Shown here: positions 1-11,979 of the stretch, one piece after another
Layout: the number at the start of each line of letters is the position of its first letter
Numbering within the stretch: position 1 is the first letter of the stretch
Source of the DNA: Phoronis australis
Taxonomy: Eukaryota; Animalia; Phoronida
Assembly: GCA_002633005.1 (NCBI GenBank)
Contig: NMRA01000390.1
Span: 298,355-362,354 of the forward strand
Reading direction: 5' to 3'
Length of the DNA stretch: 64,000 nucleotides
The notes under the pieces: generated by a model
Databases searched by the model: none
What the model was told of the DNA's origin: nothing
The model's input: the letters and a program-made list of their open reading frames with translations, nothing else
Made by a program: the position numbers and the translations under genes

Positions 1-135
1 ATTGACTCCCATATTGTGCATGCATCCATTGACTCCCATATTGTGCATGCATCCATTGACTCCCATATTGTGCATGCATCCATTGACTCCCATATTGTGC
101 ATGCATCCATTGACTCCCATATTGTGCATGCATCC
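1..135. repeat. 27-bp minisatellite (ATTGACTCCCATATTGTGCATGCATCC) x5, cut by the window edge, in a DENND5 intron
   Basis: Directly visible near-perfect tandem copies. Confidence 0.95.
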
Positions 136-307
136 CTGACGGTCATTAGGTCTACATTGTCGATATGAGTTTCACTACTAAGTGAAGAGCAGACCAACCC
201 ACGAAGTGTGAAATTTTGAGGTCTATGTAAAGTTAACACACAGTAGTTCTTAAATGTATTTTGACACATTAGTCCTCAAACAGCTAGCATGCCCGCTATA
301 ATCATAC

Positions 308-1064
308 CTGAATTTTCATAGGACAGGCACCTGTGATACACGGGAGTTCGTCCCTCCTCCCTCTCTGAGATCGTCTTTACACGGTCGTCAAATATCTTCA
401 AGGCAAGATCAGGCTCTTCCCACATTGACAGGATTTTGTTGTCAATAAGCGTAGCAAACATTTGGGTCTCTATAAAGGCAGCTAGAAACGGCAAATGTGT
501 GTCCGGCTGGTCACTGAGAAACGATGCCTTGTCAAAATTTTGCATGCTCTCTCTGTTTCCTAACCAACTTTCGACACTTTGGCCAACAGGTTGTATCACA
601 AAATGTTCATAATGACAGAATATGTGGAGGAAGCGGTTGAGAAAGACTTGGCGGATAGCATTGTTAAATTTCAATTCCTCCAACTCACGACTAGTTTCAT
701 CCATTTCGTCGTTTCTACTGTTTCTCTTGCTAGACTTATTGCTATCTAGATTGAGTTCAATGTCTTCTATTGAGTTTATGACACCGCTTTTCTTGGCAAT
801 GGCTGTGATTTTCGTAAAAGCTTCACTCTGGGCAAGTATCTCCATCTTGTTAGGTATACTAGTAAGTGAGCTAGACACTGAACCATCACTCATCCCTGAA
901 TCAAAGTCCTCATGGAACACACTATCCTTGGATTCATAGCGTGAGCCAATCTTACTGAGAACAGACTGAAGTTCTTCAATAAAATCACTCAACTGGGGGA
1001 AGGTGGGTAAGTCCTCTGGTAACTCCACAGTTCCCGTATCTATGTCCACAAAACACATGTTAGC
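308..1064 (-). CDS. DENND5: DENN domain-containing protein 5 (Rab6IP1-like), coding exon 6 (end of cDENN plus dDENN); gene continues beyond the window start
   Basis: ANMCFVDID...AIRQVFLNRF...QNFDKASFLSDQPDTHLPFLAAFIETQMFATLIDNK typical of DENND5; acceptor TTTCCAG, donor GTATGA; 757 nt, phase 0 to 1. Confidence 0.93.
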
Positions 1065-1684
1065 CTGGAAACAAACAAACAAATGGTTGATTGACATTTT
1101 GTTAACAGAGTTATTAAAAAGCACCCAACTTTATCAAACGTATCGGATCTTGATAAGTACAGGGCAGATTTTTATTGCATCAGATAAACATGCATTTTCC
1201 AGAGTTTTGTAAAAATTAAAAACCGGCTTCCTATTTCCCACGAGAAGTGGACTTGAGCACAAAAAAGTTGGTTCAAGAATTTTTTTAAATATATTTTAGT
1301 TATTTAATTTTCGGCTGAAATAAGAAAAAGTGCCAGTGGCAAACCTGTTTACGAGGCAGTGAGTCACTAATGGTCTGACGTTAGGTGACCGTGGCTCAGT
1401 GAGGCAAGCCATGGTGAGTTGGTGTGGATAATGAAAACAAAGATCTTGGCTGAAACAGTTGCGGGAGGACGCTTCCATTATTTTTTCTTCAAGTTCTGAG
1501 GCGCAGTTGGAGGGTACCCCAGAAAAAAATTGCTTTTTTTCTTTGTCCTATTATATTCCACCACAAGCACTCAATGAGGAAAAGCAATAAATTAATAGCA
1601 CTGCAAAATAACACTAAACGCAGATTTGATCTGCAAACTTAAACTATTAATGAAGCTGAACTGTCTTTGTGATGGTGTAATTAC

Positions 1685-1869
1685 CTCACTTGGGAGGGCA
1701 AGGTCTGATCTCTCCTCCAGACCATGATGAAGGCCCATAATGAAGGGCACCGGGGCATCTAGGAAATGAAGTAGTGAAGCCGGCAGGATGGGTACATATA
1801 CGTGTTGCCATGAGAATGGGAACACGAGGGAGGTGAGTCCTTCAGCCACCAACATCAGGTAGTGATAAT
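1685..1869 (-). CDS. DENND5: DENND5 coding exon 5 (core DENN)
   Basis: [46 protein letters not shown] hallmark DENN motif; TAG acceptor, GTAATT donor; phase 1 to 0. Confidence 0.95.
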
Positions 1870-2733
1870 CTACAACCATAAGAGGAGGTGAGAAAAGTGA
1901 CATGGCATAAGACGCTGACCACAGGAGTGGTAGATAGGCCTAGGGGTTAAACCAAAACTTTAAATGGTGATGCATACTTAGCTGAAAAGTTAGGGTATCA
2001 CCCCCTTTTGTAGGCAGCTTCCATGAAAACGTTATCTTTCATAACAAACAAGTTTGTTATAATGTAACTGTAGAATATTGAATTGGATGTTCTAAAACTA
2101 TTCAACTGTAGACAGTGTTCCAACAGTTGCAAAAAATGCAAATAATTTGTGGAAAAAAGCCTTTTACGCAACTCTGTAGTGCATTTAATCTAATAAGCGC
2201 ACCATTTTGTAGAGAATTTATAGTGAACCCCCCCTCCTCCTAAGCAACATATATTAAGTGCAACCAGACTGTAAGTAATCCCTTCTGAGATACACATTCT
2301 GTACACATCACCACGGTAAGAATTCCCTCTTGGGGCTTGGGAATGACAGACATCAAACTGGACTGAATTAGAGTTCAGTCTATGTTACTGGACAATGACA
2401 ATCAAATTACAATATGACATTCTTATAACTAGCAGCACCTGACATCTAATACAATTACATAACAGATATCTAAATATAAAAATGTAATTAATAAATAAAT
2501 GGGTCCAGATTAATACAAACCACACATAAAAGATGACAGACAACACGGGAGACAACTTCTCAGTAGTAACTTGGTTAAGAGAAAGAACATAGGGACCAAC
2601 GAAACAAGACTGACACACACTAGACACTAGTCAATCTCTCATACATATCAACCTGTAGCCAACCTTTCCTTCAATTTGTTGGAGCTGAGGTGCGATTTCA
2701 TATTTGTTGCTAGGCAACAGGTAGTTAACTTAC

Positions 2734-2859
2734 TTGATGAATACAGTAATATTTGATGCTCGAGAAGAATACAAGTGAAGATAGCCAGCACATTCTTGAT
2801 TCCCAACATCCTGAATATCTCTCCTATTGGCATGTCTAGTAACGGCATTTCATCCACGC
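2734..2859 (-). CDS. DENND5: DENND5 coding exon 4
   Basis: GVDEMPLLDMPIGEIFRMLGIKNVLAIFTCILLEHQILLYSS; TTTCTAG acceptor, GTAAGT donor; phase 1 to 1. Confidence 0.93.
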
Positions 2860-2967
2860 CTAGAAAAGATACATACCCGCACTTTTATAACAAGAACAAA
2901 TTTACATAACTGGTGTAACAGGGCTAGACGTAAGTGAATAAACACTACAACGTACCAGTGGAAAAAG

Positions 2968-3107
2968 TAAAATACGAGTAGAAAATATGGTCACTTGTAT
3001 CACTCCCACAGGCGCCGAGCAGTCGCTTGGCGTTCTTTCTAGTGACCACTGTTTACAAGACCAAACCCAGTAATACAATTGGCAAATGTGGAGTCACTCG
3101 TATTTTT
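2968..3107. repeat. Imperfect palindromic element
   Basis: Nested inverted matches AAAATACGAGT/ACTCGTATTTT and GGTCACT/AGTGACC, central CGCCGAGC-AGTC-GCTTGGCG. Confidence 0.5.
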
Positions 3108-3900
3108 GAGTGGCCATTTTCGCCTGAGTTGAGCCCTATCTAAGGAATGAAGTTACAGTTAGACATTGCATTTTGTGTTACATGAATCACATTTTATACA
3201 ACTGCAATGCATAAGGCCATAAAATTTTATTCGGTGGTTCTTGTGCAAAAAATATTTTAGATTACAAACCTGGAATGACGGTACTTTATAATAACCCTGC
3301 TTTTACAGTTTTATGACAACCTTCATTTTTCACCAAAAGTGGCCACGGAATATGGATCTTGATTGTGATTCACCCGCACGTATATCTGCGTCAAGTTTCA
3401 CCAAAATCAATCAATCGGTTCTCTGGATATCATCCGGCAAAGTTCTTCCCAAAATGGCCACTAGGAGGAGCTGTAGGGGTCAAATCCACTTAAAAATCAA
3501 ATGGTGTCGGCACATTGACATCATATACCCCTGTGTCAAGTTTCACTTAAATCTGTCAGTCAGCTCTTTAGATATCATCCGGAAATGCTCATCCCTTAAA
3601 CACCACTTAAAAACCCTTCATCAAGAACAAAATTACCACTAGAAGGTGCGGCAGAGGTCAAATCCACATTTACCCTTATTTCGAGAAAAGCACGAGGCCT
3701 ACATTTTTGGTGTTCCTGCCTTCGGCCAACCTCAATTAATTTGTAGTTTTGCATTCAGTTTTGCCAAGTGAAGCTCCTCAGAACACTTTTATTTTTGTTG
3801 TGTACTGTACGTAATGTAAAAACAAATTTCCATTATTGCTATCTCCAAGAAAGGCGATTTGAGACAACTAGTTTGATACATAAGTCGACCTGTTACTAAC

Positions 3901-4429
3901 CTGGTCTTTGGCACATGATGTCTCTTGCACAGCAGGTAAACTTGAGACTTCTACCAGGTGGAGGCATGGGAACCTCATGTAACACATTGTACACATAGCA
4001 CTCTAGAGGCAGGTCAGGGGCTGTGAAGTTCTGACTTATACTGTATAGACTAGTTAGAAACTTCCTCATGGCCGACACCAGAGGGAGTTGCGAGATGAGA
4101 CATATACACTTAGTGCTGTAAAGTTTGTCCTGGCTGATGTCATAAGTCTGATAGGTGCCCCGCCTCCGTCCCTGCACAGGACTGCGCTCATGGGCAGGAC
4201 CCAGGTGGGAGTACAGTGTCCGTGACTGGCTGTTGCTAAGCTCGGCCAGATGCATGGCATGAAGTGTCTGCATTGCAGCGCAAATTTGATGGTTGGATAC
4301 CTCCTCATAGAATGTGTACGCGGCACCATGTACGCGTGAACCATCCTCACGTGTGATTAGGAAAGAGTGGAAACTAGGACGACGCTGCTGCTTCTGAGTA
4401 CGGAATGCGATCCCCCGGGGACAACACAG
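3901..4429 (-). CDS. DENND5: DENND5 coding exon 3 (uDENN to cDENN)
   Basis: LCCPRGIAFRTQKQQRRPSFHSFLITREDGSRVHGAAYTFYEEV...KLYSTKCICLIS...LPLECYVYNVLHEVPMPPPGRSLKF; TTTCCAG acceptor, GTTAGT donor; 529 nt, phase 0 to 1. Confidence 0.93.
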
Positions 4430-7400
4430 CTGGAAAGAGAGCAGGCAGTGAATTGACAGACGTCATTAACAACAGAGCAAGCATATGAATAATATCCATA
4501 ATATAATGAAGACTTATAATTTGTATTTTGCACTTGTTAGTCAATCTTGGCTTGACATAGATGTTGATAAAAATACTTTGGGACAACTAATAACACAAAA
4601 CCAAACCATCCCAATAATGATTCCATTCTTGATATCTTACATACAATCCATGTTCTATTTAATTAACACTTTACATAAATTTAAACTTTTATATTTTTTA
4701 TTATTTTTTATATTTTATTTTTTATTATTTCTATATTTTATTTTTAGGTAAATATTTTGTTTCTCAAAAGAAAGAAAATAACAGCAAATGTTAACTAGTA
4801 ACTATCTAGCAATGGAAAAGGTACATTCACGCACCATTCACACATCCACACACTCTTAATGAACAAGTTACCCATACTTCCCAAATTATACATGTGCAAG
4901 TAATTATATATCTACTTATTTACAGAGGGCTTCCCAAAAGGTGAAATTCAGGGTTTTTTAAAACTGATGATCAGCTTTCGTCTTATTTTGATATAATGAT
5001 ACAAAGAATATCAAAATTTTTCAAATGTAGGCTAACTGTGGTACAAAGATGAGTGAAACATAAAGTACTGGCATAAAGAGTATTAACCCCTTCAAAATTA
5101 GGCCCAAAATACATGTTTAAAATGTAGTATTTATTAAATTTATTGTTTTTTAGCAATATTACTTAACAGAACTTGAACTTTGGATCACAGCGCCTGTACA
5201 TGTGAACAATCACAAAACAAATGACCAAAACAGCATTACAGGACAAACAATTATCATCTCTTACAATCTTCATCTTTTTCAAGAGATATTTTGTGTAAAC
5301 TTTTCTATGCACACAATAATATTAAAAGTTTTAACTTTTGAAAGGAGTACAAGTCTGAATGGCAACGCGTAAATCTGTTGGTCTGAATAAACATCACTTA
5401 ATCTGTGTTCTACATCAGGTTGTAAAATCTTTTTATATAAAAAGTAAATATAATTTGATTGTGTACTAATCTGGCTGTACTGAAAGTCGTCCATTGAATT
5501 TGTCTTGGAAGAGTTCATTCTATTAGGTTACTTAAGTGCTTTCATCAAGGTATAAGTATTGCAACCAACTTGATAATTTGTATCCTTGTTTTATAACTTG
5601 CCAGGGCAAAAACTTGTTTTGAACATCTACCAGTATCTTTTACATAAGCTATGCCAGCCTTGTAGAACCCACTGAAAGACACAGATTTACCACCAATCAA
5701 AATATTTTTATTGTCCCACATTACCTTACTAATATCAGTTTCGCTGTGTAAGACAATGCTGACTTTTTCCTTGCATTCAACAAGTCACAATAAAAGTTGG
5801 TGGTATCATCCAAAGGCAAAAAGTTGGCAGAAAAATTGGATCTAAAAAGTAATCTGATTTAAAAAGTAATTAAGCTTGTAATATTAGTTTTTGCTTGTAG
5901 TATTTGAAATTTATTACATACCCCTAAAAGCTGAAAAAAACTCTTCCTTAACCATAAGCTTCTTACAACACTGAACAGCAAGTATCAATGGGCACAGTCC
6001 ATTCCTCACCACAAATTGACATAATTAAAGCCAGTGTCCCTTCACAGCAACCCATATCTGATTACCTGTAGTTTAAATTCTTGTGGGTTAAATTGAGCTC
6101 CCAAATTACTCACCACAGCAGTGTGTCAAAGCCCATCACACTAAAGTGCTGGTACAGAGAACTCATGACCTTTAACCTCATGATGATTAATCAATTTTGA
6201 AAGTGCAATTAACTACCTTGGTCAAGAAAGTCCAAAAGTAAACTGACAACAAAACACCTTTTACATGAATTCACAAAATTGCCAAAATAAAGATTCAAAT
6301 ATGCAACAATGAAATGGGTAAAATGGCAACTGATATTGATGTTCAGTTTTTGGTAACAATGGCAATGGTTTCACTGACACTATAATATATATGAAATGTA
6401 ACACAGAATAGTTTTATGAATTGAATCAAAGAAATTTCATCAGTTCTTTCTTTCATGGCACTGATTTTTTTATTCCATACATGGCAATTAATTTTTCTAG
6501 TGGGCACTCTCAGTTACAAGAGAGTGATCCATGTTGGGCTCCCCTGGAGTCCATGGGGTTCACTGAGATATTACCCAGATTTTATAGTGAGTAAAGATTG
6601 CAGGCAACAACTCTTGAAAACCACAACATAAACCACAACTGAAACTGTGTATGAGCTCAGCATGCCCTGAACAGATTTTCACAAGCTGAATTGTAGAGAT
6701 GCATACTGTTATAAGCAGACCTACACAAGGAATTTGAAAATCCCAGCACTGGGTTTCCTTGGCCACATGGAACTTCCAAGATATCGTGACTTCAAGGCTG
6801 ACATGAATTTTCTAAAAATCAATGTTCATGGTTGAGCCACATGAATCTTCCAAAATTGAATCATGGAGGGGCACCGCACAGTAACTGTATTCTTTTTTAT
6901 TCACAAAATATATAACCAAAATATAGACCATGAAGTTCTGGAATTTATCAAACCATTTTCAAAAATCATGGACATTTCATTCTTCATCAGTGAGACGGAG
7001 AGAGTTGGCACATAGCTGGAAATAAGAGGTGCTAAAAATGTCCAAAGTGCTAAAAACATACATAAATGGGTCACATGGTAGATTAACTAGCTGTTTTATA
7101 CTGAGATGGGGTTAACACAAGACAATCAAGATTGAGGAGTCAAGCCAATGTTGCTCCTAGATAACAATATCATCTTGGGAAATAAGGCTCAGTTATATTT
7201 AGCATCATAGTTGGAACATGAGAAAGGGAAGATGGCTCAAGGCAAAATCTCTATAGCTTGTGGTATGCAAGAAATAAGCTCCAGACAATCATATTGTCAA
7301 ATCAACAACCCAGAACATTGTGCTTTGCTTTGGACATTAAACAGTAGAAAGTTATAACCTGTAGACGAGATTTTGAATAGAAGGGCTAAACTACAGCCTC

Positions 7401-8462
7401 CTATCACTTTATTGAATGAACTGGTCCAGGATTATTAATACGCTAATTGTTCACATATTTTGCACAAAAATCGCCAAACTAGTTATTTTTTGATGAGTAG
7501 AAACTTTACCAAAAATGTTGCCTTTTGACATCTAAACAGTATTTCTAAACCAAGCTAATAGACAATAATTTTCTTTAAAAATCTTAAACTTAATGATTTT
7601 TAGTAGGTATGAGTTAATCTAGATGAACATATTATTTAATTTCTCTGACTATAATCGTTAATTTTGTTAACAAAGTTGAAAAAATTTTGCAAGTTTGCCA
7701 CACTGTGTCAAATTGGTGAAAAATTACCATATACCAGCTATATTTTGTCCTTGCTCAAAATGTCACCATATGTCAAGTAATTTAACACTAAACCTTTTTC
7801 ACTGGTGGCACTGCTGCAGTGTAAAACAACTATACTTAAGCAGATCAGTTATTAAAACGCCACTCACTCCTGGGTTTAGGAAAAGGGACGTAGACTTAGA
7901 TATGTGACACAAAACTTGATTAACGTTGCATTTTTGTAACCAACGAAGTTCAGCTATGATGTGGAATTATTTATCAACATTAAGATGGGACTTAATGACC
8001 TTGGGTCCGACTGAAGCGCACAACTATATTTCAGGGTCACAGGGAAAGTACAGAAAAATTGACCAAATTAGGACAAAATGTGGCAGATAAAAGAAATATA
8101 TTTTGTCCTTTTTTCGACAAAAGATGGGTAGCCCCACATTAAAGCTTTTCCATGTTCAAGTTATGAAGCACAGCTTCAACCAGACAATATATTGACAAAT
8201 AGTGGGTATTCAAAAAATGTAAGAACCATTGATGAAAGAAAAAGTCGAACTTGTGGAATTACTTTTGTCCGAAATTAGAATAGATTTCATTGTAAGTACT
8301 ATATTCACACAGGTTGAATCTTTTTAACAATTTTTGTGACTTGTGATCAGAATGCCAAAATCCTTGATAATGAGAGACAAGTAAGAAAACTTTTAAAGCG
8401 CAAAATAATATTGTCTTAGTGGAAAGCATCTCAGAAGCTGAAAATTTGAAATTCAAAATTAC

Positions 8463-8572
8463 CATGCCAACAGCTTCCTTGTCAAATGGGTTCCAGGGTA
8501 CATTGTCAGGATAGTGCGCCAACACGTGTGACTTGTATGGCCTGTCCAAAGGCTGAATGTGCAGGCTGTCAC
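8463..8572 (-). CDS. DENND5: DENND5 coding exon 2
   Basis: GDSLHIQPLDRPYKSHVLAHYPDNVPWNPFDKEAVGM; TTTATTAG acceptor, GTAATT donor; phase 1 to 0. Confidence 0.93.
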
Positions 8573-10624
8573 CTAATAAAGAGGGGAAAGTTAGCATAAT
8601 TAAGTAGAAGACACAGTAAAATGTCGAGAACATACATGTAAGAGGTATACCAATGAGCAAGTGATGATGCACAGTTCTGCCATCCTTCAATCAATTAGAA
8701 CCTGACCGTGAGAGCTTTGAATAACATCTTGACCACTCATACAGCAAAAGCCTAGATGGACTGATCACGTGATCAAAATATACCAAACATGACGGTCACT
8801 TTTAATTTAAGAGTGAAAATGGCAAGTGACAACAAGGAGCAAAATAAAGCAATCCTTATAAAAATTCAAACAACAGAAAGTGGGACAAGATATGTCTTCT
8901 GAGACTATAGGTTGACTGAAAACATAAACTAAGGAGGATGGGGTCTAGTTGTTGGTGCCTGGGTAATGACTGATTACACAGACTTGCCACAGCAAATATT
9001 CTCTCTTATTGATTCAGCCAAACTGAACCACCAATGAATCAATAATTCAACTTCCTGGAATGCAAGTGCTACAGTCAGAGAGGGATTACTCATGTTGAAA
9101 CAAGTTAATAACAATAAGATATATGACCACGCTGTTGAACCTGTATAAACCTGACTGATGCTTTGTCAACAAAATAAAACAATAAAATAGAGCCATCATT
9201 GTATTGCAAACAATCATAACTCAAAATACTACAACATGACAGCCTACAAAAGGGATCTTTTTAATTTTCGATCATAGATGTATATTGTATTTACAACCAC
9301 GGGGTATTTGTTCAAAACATTCTGCACTAAGCTTGATATAATTTCTCAGGTGACTGTTTCTACCCTGCCAGTACTATACTCAAGGCTATGTAGGCCTACA
9401 CTCTAGTAAATTGACATCGTCAAGAAGACCACCTGATACAGCTGTACCTTGGTTCTTCGCTGACAATAAAAGATACAATACAGTCTGTTACCTCGACAAC
9501 ATAACTCTAAATTATCCTACAAACTTTTGACAAAATCATCATGAATAAAGCGACCTAAAGCAGAAGAGGGTTGATATGACCAAAAAAATTGCAAGAGCTC
9601 TGCACTTATTGTGTGGCTGATCAGAGGTTGAGTGACTTCTCCACATGCTGAAACGAGTAATAATGTAGCACCGCCACTGTGCTAAGGGAATGTAAGCTAG
9701 ATACGAGTACAACACAAGCACATGTATCAAAAGCCAGATGAATGCAATGTGTTTTCATGGTCTCAATCATAATATACAATGCAGTACCATGTCATCCTAG
9801 TTACAGTCTATTTCCCCCTCTCAATTGCCACTAGATCACTCAATTCTCTCCTCGTAAAGTACAACCTATACTAGTTCTACCAAAACTGGGTTTTGGACAG
9901 CACCATGGGTCTAAAACCAATTCTGCACATTTAGGATCAAGAGTAAGACTACCACTCCTATGAAACAAGAACGTGTCCTAAAAACCAAATGCCCAGAGTA
10001 AAAAGTCAAAAAACAAGCATTGTTTGCTACCTAGTAGCCTCTACCTATGAGTACTGCATTTCGTCTCATGTAACTTGCAATAAAACTGAAATGAAATTAA
10101 GCTTTAAGTCTCATAAAATTATCACATAACATTCGTTATCATCACTAGTATTTCCGTTTCATGCACGAATGTCGAAACCATCAGCAACTCAAGAATTGCT
10201 TGTAAACAAAAGTTGCCAATCACTTTTTTGGTGGAAAACCAATCTGAACATGGGCAAGGAATATTATGAGACTGGTTATAGTGAGATAAACAAAGCAAAA
10301 TACACCATTTTTACACTGCTTGGGCCAAAGGAAATAAGACGTCATATCTGCGAGCAGTGTAAAAATGGCCACTTGCAGAAGAATTTGTTCAAGCTAGAAA
10401 GATTTCAAGACATCAACGGCCTCTTAAGGTATCCCTCTATGCACAACATATACTTAATACAGTTATATAGCAACACCACTGATGGTCAGTGACAGTGTGA
10501 GGCATAATTCGCCGAAACGCTTCCAGCGTATGGAGGGCCTATGGGATGGGCACCGTCCCTACTGCAGAATTGAGACGGTGGCACTGTCCACATGATCCGA
10601 CCATTGCACTGTGGTGTGAGTCAC

Positions 10625-11221
10625 GGCACTGATCGGATAAAGTGGTCCCAGATTTTGAGAACCAGTTTCTTCCACTGAATAACAGGCCCGTTATTCATTT
10701 ATTGCCTGGTTCTCAAAATCAGGGATTGTACTGATTGTAGTGAATCAGTTACATGAGGTTTGATTGGATAGTCAGGTTCGCGGGCTTTTATACTATCATG
10801 GCTCTGATTGGAGAATGGATGGAACCTGCTGGGAGGGATGATGTAACGATGACGTAATGACCTCGTAGTTCACTCGCCCTTCGTACTTGAGACTCACCTG
10901 AGATAAGACGTATATCCAACCATCATTAGTGCTTCACTTTACTTTAGGGTGTCAGAGACTAGAATATATCCAGTTAGGTAACCTGTCTTCTACATATCTA
11001 ATATACTAGAATAACGTGGTAAGGGCGGCGCACAACAGGACCCCTATATCCGACCAGTGGCAGTGCCTGCTTGTCAAAGTGGATATGAGCAGTACGAGTG
11101 TGACTGAACAGAGTGAAGGCATCGCTCGTATGAAGGAACAAATTTCATCTATTGAATAACGATCCCGTTATTCATTCATTAGTCTGGTTCCCTAAAACTG
11201 GACCTATATCCGACCACTGCC
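10625..11221. mobile_element. MITE with ~70-bp imperfect terminal inverted repeats in DENND5 intron 1
   Basis: GGCACTGATCGGATAAAGTGGTCCCAG...GAATAACAGGCCCGTTATTCA at left is mirrored by TGAATAACGATCCCGTTATTCA...GGACCTATATCCGACCACTGCC at right; no coding capacity. Confidence 0.6.
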
Positions 11222-11308
11222 AACCATGTGAGTGAGCATGTCAGAATCAGAATGACATTGAAAAGACTGAATGAAAGACGAATGATTGAAACTTGACAGA
11301 ATGTTTAC

Positions 11309-11405
11309 CCGATAATTTATCCGGCTCTAAGCCACATGAAGGTTCCAACCCGCAGATGACGAAGTAGTCGGCAAACTTGTTGCCTGGACTACCAGAACTT
11401 GACAT
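11309..11405 (-). CDS. DENND5: DENND5 first coding exon
   Basis: [32 protein letters not shown] matches the DENND5 N-terminal [15 protein letters not shown] motif; donor GTAAAC; phase 1 joins exon 2. Confidence 0.93.
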
Positions 11406-11720
11406 TCTGTTACACTTTCACGTCCATTTCACCATGTTTAGAGACTGCAGATGTCGATCCGTCGCTTATCCATCTTTGACACATTCACCTTCCTTGTTGT
11501 TTTCCTGCGCATACGGCCTGACGCAAATGACGTCATGCTATAGGCAGAAATATAATGCGTGAACTCATAAAATTTCGAGGCACGGCTGTTAAAACTGAGA
11601 TTATATCTTTATCAGATGTTCCTGCCTCTAAAGTAGGCCTGAATGCGTGGTAAATATCTAAAGTGGTATAAAAAAACAATCATAGCTCTTCTAATTATGT
11701 AGTCAACATCTGTACTGTCC
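11406..11720. promoter_or_regulatory. Putative bidirectional promoter shared by DENND5 and HINT2, with a palindromic CRE (TGACGTCA, 11528-11535)
   Basis: Only 315 bp between divergent ATGs; full CRE plus adjacent TGACG half-site; locally CpG-richer. Confidence 0.65.
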
Positions 11721-11813
11721 ATGTTCTGTGCGTTGCGAGGTGTTACAGAAACTTCGTCACTTTTAAAACTAATAGCAACCAGTAAAGGTCTAGCTCGTGT
11801 AGCTAAATTTCAG
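11721..11813 (+). CDS. HINT2: HINT2-like histidine triad nucleotide-binding protein, exon 1 (predicted mitochondrial targeting peptide)
   Basis: MFCALRGVTETSSLLKLIATSKGLARVAKFQ is basic, Ser/Thr/Leu-rich with one acidic residue; CAG|GTATGC donor in phase 0 matches the exon 2 acceptor. Confidence 0.75.
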
Positions 11814-11979
11814 GTATGCCATATTGAGATTTTATTGGATAAGTATCATTGCCCTATATGCGTGCCTTTGGTCGCAATCCTCTTGGCAAATACGGCATGA
11901 TTGCCCTACTCAGTGAGCACTGATTTTTGCGACACCTGACGGTTGTTTCTGAATTGTTGTTTATCTTCATTTTTGGTAG

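Noticed and set aside
1-135. 27-bp repeats as a CRISPR array
   Set aside because: Head-to-tail copies with no spacers and no cas genes
622-939. Plus-strand ORF overlapping the DENND5 exon
   Set aside because: Antisense shadow of a real coding exon
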